This document shows positions 52,470-64,000 of a stretch of DNA of 64,000 nt, one piece after another (position 1 is the stretch's first letter; every line of letters begins with the position of its first letter). Location: contig OZ024743.1 in NCBI GenBank assembly GCA_964016885.1, forward strand, positions 275,900,001-275,964,000. The letters are read 5' to 3'. Source of the stretch: Eledone cirrhosa. Taxonomy: Eukaryota. The notes below the pieces were generated by a model that was given only the letters and a program-made list of their open reading frames with translations, did not search any database and was not told the DNA's origin. The translations under genes and the position numbers were made by a program.

Positions 52470-52877
52470 TCGAAATATAATACGTGAATGTAATAGATAA
52501 AATCCATGGGGCTGCAAATCGAGGACCCGAGGGCGACCGCTATTCAGCACCTTCTACCTTTGCCGGTCGCCCTCGAGTGACGTGGCTAAAGCTTACAGTG
52601 TGCTACTACCGGTCAGATAAAGGGAAACAGAAAGGGATGGGAACATAAGTTAGCGTTAATCTCATGCCAAAAGAAAAAAGAAAGAAGAAGGGGGAAGGAA
52701 GAAGAAGAGAAGACAGGGTTAATGTCAGCTATAAGAAGAAAGACAGAAAGTAAGAGGAGGAAAGGTCAGTATTGCAGTCAGGCCAAGATTGTCGCTTGAG
52801 ATTTACGTTGAGTACTCTATATATTATTACATTGCGATTGACCAGCTCTATCCAGTGGTGAACCTCAAACCTGAATA

Positions 52878-54150
<1,273 letters not shown>

Positions 54151-54156
54151 TATTAT

Positions 54157-54759
54157 TGTCAGGTCACCAGTTGGTGCTACTGGTAACATGTATCCCAGTA
54201 CAACCTGTCTCATGGTCGGGTCGTTGGCGATTAAACTGGCAACCCCACCAAGGCTTCTTGGTGAAGAGGGTGACTTTGGACATCCTGCAGGACTAAAAAC
54301 AAAACCTGTCGAAGGGCAAAGAAGCTCTTAAGAGTTAATGGCCATCCAAAATCACCGGGAGAAATGACGCCTTAGACTTTTTCATGGTAGAATTCTAGGC
54401 GAAGGAAAACTCTGATATAACACCTGCAACCCTGATGGTATCCAATGATGTTGACTTGTTCTTCTTTTTGGTAAATATCATCTTGGTTAAGAGAGTGGGA
54501 CTGGCTTTGTGCAGTGCCTTTGCTCACGATAAAAGCTTTACGGCACAGGCATTGCTTTATATCTGGAGATCTCCCTGCATTTGTCATCACATGGTACAAT
54601 GGGCCCAGCACCGTGTCAGTAATTGTCACAAGTGTAGTGTTTGTACCAGAGTTTTCAAGTCGATGGCTGGACTAAAATGTCACCCGTTCAGCGCATCGGT
54701 AGGGGTTCTCCTACATGGATGTAAAGTCGTGGCCGTACTCGAAAACGAGTTGGCAGCCA

Positions 54760-54764
<5 letters not shown>
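54157..54764 (+). mobile_element. Internally deleted RTE-type element (family C): 5'UTR-like segment joined to ORF C-terminus and 3' end
   Basis: HKCSVCTRVFKSMAGLKCH zinc-finger-like end at 54627-54683, short 3'UTR with double-stem hairpin, TA tail; the last ~65 nt recur at 54046-54112. The 5'UTR assignment is from recall of RTE leaders (TCTAGGCGAAGGAAAACTCTGAT). Confidence 0.65.
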
Positions 54765-54801
<37 letters not shown>

Positions 54802-54809
54802 CTATGTAT

Positions 54810-55998
54810 ATCATCATCATCATCATTTTACGTCCGCTTTTCCCTGCTTGCAAGGGTGGGACGGGTCTTATTCAGCACAGCATCTCTCCACTCGTCACGG
54901 TCCTTCGTGAGCTTCAATGATCTGAGGTCTGTTCTCACCACCTCCGCCCATCTTTTTCGTGGTCTACCTCTACCACGTCTTCCTTCAACTGGCATTTCCT
55001 GGCACTTCTTCACCCATCGGTCATCCTCCATGCGCATCACATGTCCATACCACCTCAGTCTCCTCTCTCGCACACTACATTCTATCCCTCTCAGACACAG
55101 TTTCTCTCTCAACACATTTATGCTGGGTCGTTCACGCACATTTACACTGCACATCCAATGGAGCATGCTTGCCTCATTTCTCTCCAGCCGTCGCATATCA
55201 ACTGCAGTTGCTGCCCATGTCTCACTACCATGCAGCATCGCGCTCCTCACACAGGCATCATACAACCAGCCTTTCGTATGCAGAGAGAACCCCTTCTTCA
55301 TCAACAGAGGAAGCAACTCCCTAAACTTCTTCCAACCCGCCCTTATTCTAGATACTATGGCCTCGGAACACCCTCCTCCCGTGTTAATCTGATCTCCTAG
55401 GTACCGGAAGCTATCCACCACTTCTATAGCGCCCTCCTGCATTTGAAAAATGTGTCTATCAATGCAACTTCTACTGTCTAATTTCCCTGTACATCTACTG
55501 CATACATATTTCTCCCTACCTGTTAGTTTGCCTGCTATCCCGCTACATCTCTTGTGTACCCAGGATCTGCATTGTGTGCATTTTATAGAATTTATGCCAG
55601 TTCCTTTTCTGCATATCGAACATGGCCATTTCCCTGACGGAATCAGGGTTTTGTCCTCTTTTCTACTCATCAACACTTTTGTCTTAGCTAGGTTCACTCT
55701 CAGTCCTCTTGCTTCCAACTGCTGTTTCCATAGCCAGAATTTATTCTCTAGCTCCTCTACTGATTCTGCTATAAGAACCAGATCGTCAGCATAGAGAAGT
55801 TCCCATGGACAGCCAGTCTGAAATTCCTCTGTTATGGCTTGGAGGACTATAATGAACAAGAGCAGGCTGAGGACCAACCTCTGATGTACTCCTACTTGTA
55901 TCTGGAATTCCTCACTAAACTCCATTCCTACCCTGACTTTACTGAGAGTATCTCTGTACAAAGTTTACACTGTCCTCACAAGCCATTCCTCAACACCT
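54810..55998 (-). mobile_element. 5'-truncated LINE family B copy
   Basis: Open RT/PHD/C-terminal frame; (GAT)n tail abutting a TA array. Confidence 0.94.
54828..55961 (-). CDS. LINE family B ORF2 C-terminal fragment (RT core, PHD finger, C-terminal domain), 377 aa open
   Basis: GVHQRLVLSL (degenerate QGSVLSP), LYADDL, CSIC-x10-CTQC-x4-H-x2-C-x14-CSRC, FRYLG, RLRWYGHV. Confidence 0.88.
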   Translation of the reverse strand: MYRDTLSKVRVGMEFSEEFQIQVGVHQRLVLSLLLFIIVLQAITEEFQTGCPWELLYADDLVLIAESVEELENKFWLWKQQLEARGLRVNLAKTKVLMSRKEDKTLIPSGKWPCSICRKGTGINSIKCTQCRSWVHKRCSGIAGKLTGREKYVCSRCTGKLDSRSCIDRHIFQMQEGAIEVVDSFRYLGDQINTGGGCSEAIVSRIRAGWKKFRELLPLLMKKGFSLHTKGWLYDACVRSAMLHGSETWAATAVDMRRLERNEASMLHWMCSVNVRERPSINVLREKLCLRGIECSVRERRLRWYGHVMRMEDDRWVKKCQEMPVEGRRGRGRPRKRWAEVVRTDLRSLKLTKDRDEWRDAVLNKTRPTLASREKRT

Positions 55999-56157
55999 TA
56001 TACTTACCGATATAAAAGACACAGAAGCGAAAAGCGAAAACCCACCAAACAGTGAGTGTGTTCTGTTATTAATTCTGGCAATATTACACAAATATGACCC
56101 TCCCCAAGTATAACAATATTTGTTTCGACACACGATTTCATATAAAAAACCTCGCAA

Positions 56158-56818
<661 letters not shown>

Positions 56819-57317
56819 AACACAAGACTACAAGTGTTCATTGTTATAAAGCAAGACATGTTTAATCATCAGAAAGATTTTGATATAGATGATAATGATA
56901 ATGATTAAGATGATGATGATGGTGGTAGTGGTAGTGGTGGCGGTGCTGCTGCTGCTGCTGTATTATACCACACAAATGGAACAGCCCTTTCAACTAAATT
57001 TCAGATGAAATATTAGTTAATATCAGAAAGTGTCAGGCAAGAGTAGTTAAACATCTGAAAAATTTACAATATATATACACACCCCTCATCTTTTCTCCAT
57101 CCCCTTCCAATACATAAATTTTTCTGTTAGTTTTCTTAAGAACTCTAGAAAATCCACTTCATTGCCATTTTCAGCTGCCTCCTTCTAAGTCTTACTTGGG
57201 AAGTCTAAACCATCCAGAATTTGATACATGCCATAAATTAAACAGTAAAGAAGAAGGAATAAAAGAAAACATGCATATATATACACACACACACATACAT
57301 ACATACGTGTGTATGTA

Positions 57318-57408
<91 letters not shown>

Positions 57409-57793
57409 ACATGCTGTAAAGTGGTTGGCATAAGAAATGGTATCCAGTCATAGAAACCCTGGCCTAAACGTAATATATGTGCAAGGCCCAAGCAAGCATG
57501 GAAAATAGGCATTAAACAGTGATGATGACATGAATATGACAAACCCCCCCCCCCCCATTGTTGTGGCTATGATAAAATGCACCCAGTACACTGTGTAACA
57601 TATGGTCAGTGATAGGCAGGGCATCTTGTCATAGAAAACTTTCCAAATAAAGGGTTGAAAGGACTCTTCAGAAGAGACTCCCTAGTGCTGGCATCACAAG
57701 ACACACACACACAGTACATTCAGTAAAGTGTGAACGTGTATGTAAGTGAGATGTGGGCTCCAGCCTATCTGAGAAATCAATAGCTTTGCTTAA

Positions 57794-58004
57794 CCCTTTA
57801 GTATTTAAACCAGCCGTATCCGGCCAGAATTCTTACACCTCTTTCTGTTCAAACTGGCTGCTCATACTAATGTTAAGGTATTGTATTCAAAATAAATAAT
57901 ATAAAAATTTCATAAATTCAATATTATGTAAGATTATCATGTGAGTTAAAGCCTTTACCATGAAAATATAATAGTATATATAGAGTAATGCAAATGCTAA
58001 AGGG
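57794..58004. mobile_element. MITE M1 copy
   Basis: TTAA|CCCTTTAGTATT ... AATGCTAAAGGG|CTAA; collinear with 1828-2037. Confidence 0.87.
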
Positions 58005-58698
58005 CTAAATACTAACTTGGTCTGTGATGACCCATACACCTCTTGCTAGCAGGGAAAATAGACTTTAAATGTTGATGATCACACACACAAACACACACTG
58101 TTAGGTGGCTTGTGTTAAGAAGAGCATCACAAAGAACAAGATAGATGTGGTACTCCAACTTGTGTAGAAAGGAACATTAAAACAACCATCTCTTTTTACA
58201 GTATTTAACCCTTCTAATATCAACCTGCCCCAAACCTCTTCTGGTTCTACTAACTCTTAACATTCTGACTTACAGGAAATAGCATTAACAAGGCATTCTA
58301 GAAAAGTATAAAACAGCACTATTAACTGAATCACATTAATCCCTTGCTCCCTAATTACAAGTAAAGTGACATTAAAATGTGAATGAAAGTCGAAGTATGC
58401 CGTGAGTTGTCTGTTTACATTTCACATTGGTAGTCGAATCAGGACTATAGGTGTTTTATGAGGGGTACTCATTTCTGATGTAAATTATTCAGTGGTAGGA
58501 TGAATTAGGAAACTATTTTTAGTTTTAGCCCATCAGAGAATGTTTTATAAATAAATTTTGAATATATGGGCACGTTGCAATTAATTATTACCTTTTTGAA
58601 AGAGAGAAACAGAGTGACATGTTTTAATTATGATCATTTATATCAGAAAGTGAAAACAAAACTTTTTTTTTTTAAGGGTTTTACTGAAACTGATTTAG

Positions 58699-59985
58699 TT
58701 GAAGCACAAAAGAAAATACGATTCTTTTATTGAAAATGAACAGAATTTATCAGACATTGATTTAATGTCAGAATCTGATTTAATGTCAGGCTCTGATGAT
58801 GATATATTGATGAATTCAAGTGAAAATGAAGATGATAGTGAACCCAGGTTGGAATGGAGTGAGCGATTTTGTGAAGACGATGTTGATACATTTAGAGGAA
58901 ATCCTGGACCAGTAAATATTTTAGATTCTGAGAAGAAAGAACTTGATTTTTTTTCTTTTCACTATTTAATCAATATGCTGGCAATTGGAACAAACAAATG
59001 TGCAGAAATGGTGTAACACAACTGCTTTGGAAATGAGGGCTTATATTATAGCATTTCAGATAGTGATGGGAGCTGTTTCTGTCCCTAATCAGGACATGTA
59101 TTTTTTAATAGATAATTTAGTCTGGTTGGCAGGGATCAGGGAATTGATTACAAGGGACAGACTGGGCAAACTGAACTAGTATTTCCATATTTCAGATGTC
59201 ATCCAGAATCCAGCAGGTGGTCACCATGACTATGACAAGCTTGCCCATGTTTGGCCATTTATTGAAAGGATATATGGGAACTTGAAGTCACAATATAATC
59301 TACACTATGAAATATTGATTGATGAAGGCATGGTTGCTTTCACTGGATGACTTGGTGTCAAACAATATCTTCCACTGAAGCCTACAAAGCATGGGATAAA
59401 AGTGTGGATGTGGGCTGATCCACACAACAGCTATGTAAACAACTTCCAAGTTTATACAGGGAATGTCCCAAATCAAAAGGACCTCACAAAGGACATGTGG
59501 GGGGAGGAACTCTTTCAGGGATTTTTTTTAAATGGGACTCATGCTTCCAGTACAATAAAAAAAAAATAGAAAAGATATGTCAAAAGTTGTTACCTCGACA
59601 AAATTGAAGCAACAAGGTGATACAATCGAGAGGCAAAAAGGGAACATGGCATGATAAGCAGAGTGTGACACTGCTGACCATAAATTCTACCTAATGATTT
59701 AACAAGTGTCTGGTGAAAACAAAAGCGGGGAACACCGCATCATGCCATGTTCAAGGGCAGTAAAAGACTACATAGAGCACATGAATGGAGTAGACCATGA
59801 AGACCAGTTGATAGCCAGCTGCTGCATTGGAAGGAAGCCAAATAAATGGTTGAAGTATTTGTTTTATTTTGTTGTTGATTTGGTTATATGTTCGCCATTT
59901 GTGTTGATAAGAAAATCCCCAAACCATAAACTCTTGCCTAGAAAAGGCAAGGAAAAGAATGTACCCAGTTGAGTTTCAGGAAAAT
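58699..59985 (+). pseudogene. Decayed piggyBac transposase
   Basis: Acidic N-terminus; IDEGMVAFTG*LGVKQYLPLKPTKHGIKVWMWAD..YVNNFQVYTG (about 59318-59460, first catalytic D); YIEHMNGVDHEDQL (third D) and KPNKWLKYLF; several stops and frameshifts. Confidence 0.92.
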
Positions 59986-61331
59986 GCCTTTCAAAGAAAT
60001 TTCCAGATAAAGTTCCTATTTAAATTAAAACCTTCTAACATGATTTTATATTCTAAAAAAAATGTTTAAGTTAATAAACATGCAATTTTAAAGAGTTCCT
60101 ATTTCAATTAAAACTTTCCAACATAATTTTATATAAGAATCTTTTGTTAAATTATACCATCTTAATAATGAACTAATCAATAATCATTAGTTAATTAAAA
60201 TACAGTGTATTTTATTAGAAATACTGTCATAAAACAAAACAAACAAAACTATTTTATTTTTTTAATTATATCTATATATACTTTTTTGTGTGTTCCGATG
60301 CAACACAATAAAATGGTAAAACAAAAACTGCTTGTTTTTTATAGTATTTTTAAATTTTAATTTTTTAAAATTTATATCAATTTTAACCCTTTTGAGACCG
60401 AACCATCTGAAACTGCCCATGGTTCTACAATATAAAATTGTTTATTTTAAAGTGTTTATATTTATCTAAAAGCCTCCTATCATAATTTTATATAATAACC
60501 TTTTTGTTAAGTTATACTGTAAATACCAACTTAATAATGAGAAAGTTAGTTATCTTACTAAATCTTTCATTGGAAATTTGGTAATGAAAGAATTAATGTG
60601 TTTTTCTGTAAGTTTTTCAGAAATATTTTTTTTAAAATGATTTAGAATTCATAATTTTTTTTTTTTTAAATTTAGACATCAATCAACAACTCCATATATA
60701 TTGAGTTTTGAAAGAAGAACAATGTTGATTACATTAAACACAGTACTTTACTAGTACTTTATTTTATCAGTCCTGGAAGGATGAAAAGCAAAGTTGACAT
60801 CGGCAGGATACATATTACCTGTAGTAATTAGTATCTTTCTCTGTGCACACACATACACATATTCTGGAACTAAAACCAATATTACACAAGACAGAAGGAG
60901 TTGTCAAGAAACCAATTTCCATCAAATTGTTTTTGTTATCTATTTACAATAACCATTAAGTATTTCTTCTGTAAGGAAAGCAATCGTGTTTTTTTTTTGT
61001 TTTTTTTTAAGGTGGGGTTTTGTTGCTAGTATTATCCATTATGTCTCTGAATCTTGCTTTCATTACATAACACTGGGTCCAAACCATTGTCCTGAGGTTG
61101 TTACTTCTGTAATGTGCTCTTCCTAGAAGGCATATCATTATGGTTCTTTATGTTATGTTTAGAGTTTCCCATGGAAATCAACTTTGACTTTCATTCTTCT
61201 GAGCTTTAAAAATAAAGTTTGGAATATGTTTGATGTTAGGAAAGAGAATCCAGATGTAGAAATCAAGCCAAAATGGGGAATGCATGAGCAGGGAGAGATG
61301 GTCCTCTTGCCTGTCTAAGAGTGCAGTAACT

Positions 61332-61427
61332 AAGTAAGTACTTGGAGTGAAGTAACTCCGAGCAAGTACTTGGAATGAAGTAAGTCTGAGTAAATACTTG
61401 GAGTGAAGTAACTCTGAGTAAGAACTT
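61332..61427. repeat. 28-bp minisatellite, about 3.4 units
   Basis: AAGTACTTGGAGTGAAGTAACTCYGAG(C/T) repeated head to tail with no spacers. Confidence 0.9.
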
Positions 61428-62669
61428 CTTTGATCATAAGATTTTGTCTAACAAACCATACCAGCATTGAAAAACAGATGTTGAAATGATGATACTAATA
61501 ACGAAGATGTTGACAATGATGACAATGACCTTTGCAAAGTATTATTTGAAATGGATTGATGATTTTGGACATTCAGAATCCTTTTTACTGTTGTTTTATT
61601 TGCTTTTTATACTTTAATAATAAATATGCAGATACTTTGTAGTAGTGGATATGTACCTGCTTACTTTGTTGTTTTTATAAATTTTATTTTGTTGTTTTTA
61701 AAGTTCTTAAGGAAACCTATTATTCTTGTTGTTGAAGTTGACAACTGGAATTCTTAGTCAGGTGGGGTTACTATGGCAACATAACACAAATTACTAACAC
61801 TCACAACTTTATAACAAGAATAAAAGCCAACTTTGATAAATCAAATCCTCAGAAAAGAATTTTTGAAAAATATACATAGAAAAAAAAAAAACATCACACA
61901 TACACACAAAAGCCCAACAACTACAAGAACTAAACATTAAGACACAGGAAGTGAATACACTTTCAGGAACACATTCACAGACACAGATACAAGCTATAAA
62001 TTTCAAAAATTGTGTTGAAATTCCTGTGAAAGGGTATGAAAAAGTACAATTCATTATTTTTCCTGAGTGTAAATATAAAAATAAAAACTAAAAAACAAAA
62101 CAGAACAAGAAAATAAAATGAAGATGAAGAGAGACAGAGTAAAAAACAAAAAAAAACAAACAAACATAGTGGAAGATAGATAGGTAGACAGATAGATAGA
62201 AACAGAAGGATGTATAAATAGAGAGAGAGAAAGAATAAGAGCATGGGAGCAAAGTGCGTGTGGGTGTGTGTGCACGTGTGTATATGTGTATGTGTGTGTA
62301 CAGAAAACTGCACTTTGTTGACAAATAGCTCAAATGATCTGTTCTCTTATTAATAGTTATAATTCATGTAAGCTTTATTTCAGCGAAATCAATAAGCACT
62401 GAAGTGCCATGACTAAACAGCAGCGAAACATATTGGTAGTGATGGTGGCAGTGGTGTTGGTAGTGGTGGCGTTGAGGGTATGGAGGTGGAGGAGGGGAAG
62501 AAATACTAAGCTTATATCTGTGTAGGTGAAGAAAATGTATGAAAGCAAGCCCAGGTTACATATGGAAGGGGAGAGAGAGTACAAGGGGAAAAGAATAGAA
62601 AAGGTATGGGGTGTGTAGTGAGTGGGTGTGTGTGTGTGTGGTAAGGTTGGGGGGAGACTGTTGGTGGTA

Positions 62670-62852
62670 ATTTACCACCACCACAACCATCATACCCACC
62701 AGCACCACTTTCACCACCATCATCACCAATACTCCCATTACCACCAGCACCAATATCACCACCACCAACACCACTGCCACCATCATCTCCACCAGCACTG
62801 CTATCAGCCCCACCAGCACCACCACCATCCCCACCATCATCACTATCACCAT
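62670..62852. repeat. (CAC/CAT/CAG)n trinucleotide low-complexity tract
   Basis: Direct inspection; source of the Gly-rich and His-rich ORFs. Confidence 0.9.
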
Positions 62853-63607
62853 CAGTTAAGGGGCTGACTAGAAAGAAAATGTGAGTCAGACTAAACACAA
62901 CTAATAACTAAAAACCAGTAATGTAAAGATTTCAATATAGTTTTTTTTGTTGTGTTGTTTGGTGTTTTTTGTTTTAGTTTTTTTTGGCAATCATTGGAAC
63001 AGATGTAGATAGAGTAAAGAGAAGAAAGAGAGAGGATGGGGGAGAGTAAAAAAACCTAAATAAGATCAGATTCAACAGGTTTCATTGGAAATAGAGAGAA
63101 AATGTATGCATATGTGAGTGTGTGTAGGCATAGAGGAGGAAGTGAACTGATATTCCACAAGAATTGAAGATATCCGCAACACAGAGGTTTATACATATAA
63201 TATATCTTAGTTTGAGCTTTCTACTTTATCTATATGCATATATATATCAGATATACTGGAAAAACAAGGTGGTTGTGGAGGAAAAGGGGTTACATATGCC
63301 TAAGTCTCACTTCTAACTTATCTATCTATATGGCTCTTATATATGTTGGTTAGTGAGTGTGGATATGTGAGGGTGTGCATGTGTATTGTTGTTATTATTA
63401 TTAATATAATATATAAATATATAATGATAGCTGACTAGCAACTAGATGTGTTTTTTCTCTCTCTCAAAAACATCCTTTCTCCTCTCTCTATCTTTCAATA
63501 AAGGACTAGCATCCAAAACATAAAAAACTATTTTCTTACACCTTATAAGCATTATACTAATATATCACAACTGTATTAAGTTGTTCATCATCATCACCAC
63601 CACATGG

Positions 63608-64000
63608 ATTAGAGCAATGTGAAATAAAGTGCCTTTCTCAAGGACACAATGTGTTTCCAGATCCAAGAATCAAACTCATTACTTTACAATCGTAATCAGA
63701 ACATCCTAACCACTAAGCCACACACCTTCTGAAATGTGTGTGTGGGGATCCTCATCGGTCCCAATAGCAACTGTTCCAACAACAGAACAGCCTGTTCATG
63801 AAATTATTATGCAAGTGGTTGAGCATTCCACAGACATATGCAAGCAGGTCTCAAGGAGATTCAGCATAACACACAGTATGACAAGACCGATAGACTGGAG
63901 CAATGTGAACTAAAATGTCTTGCTCAAAGACAATGTGTTCTCAGCCCAATAATCTAACATCTTTACGGTTGTGTGCCAAACACCCTAACCACTGAGCCAT
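63608..64000 (-). mobile_element. Two S2-headed SINE copies
   Basis: GAGCAATGTGAAATAAAGTG...CTCAAGGACACAA...CCTAACCACTAAGCCA (reverse A box) at about 63608-63730 and 63770-64000. Confidence 0.78.

Noticed and set aside
58699-59985. Domesticated PGBD gene
   Set aside because: Multiple stops and frameshifts, including in the catalytic core; a transposon fossil.
61332-61427. 28-bp repeats resembling a CRISPR array
   Set aside because: Contiguous units with no unique spacers, no cas genes, eukaryotic context.
62512-62898. Gly-rich and His-rich ORFs
   Set aside because: Trinucleotide low-complexity tract; no splice or domain support.

Overview
AT-rich, gene-poor animal genomic DNA, intergenic or deep intronic. 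The SINE and LINE families resemble those I associate with octopus/coleoid cephalopods; this is inference from sequence style, not a database result. I cannot support any host protein-coding gene, and most listed ORFs are translations of (TA)n, (CA)n, (TATG)n, (GA)n or (CAT)n microsatellites. Real content: (i) APE-RT LINEs of RTE type in at least three families: one near full-length disrupted copy (4689-8769, -), a 5'-truncated copy with an intact 816-aa ORF (40877-43727, +), further truncated copies and many tail-only stubs; (ii) several tRNA-derived SINE families; (iii) two TTAA-flanked MITE families and a decayed piggyBac transposase; (iv) a non-autonomous Helitron, a hAT-like element, Tc1/mariner-like remnants and an R4/Dong-like endonuclease fragment; (v) long inverted repeats and hammerhead-ribozyme-like motifs. 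Most notable: a complete C4-H-C3 PHD finger inserted inside the RT domain and kept in two divergent LINE families; a 3'-terminal double-stem hairpin conserved in structure across three LINE families; a near-complete type I hammerhead motif at 52412-52469 (-); and a 99-bp-arm near-perfect palindrome at 44866-45070. Boundaries were read by eye and may be off by a few bases.
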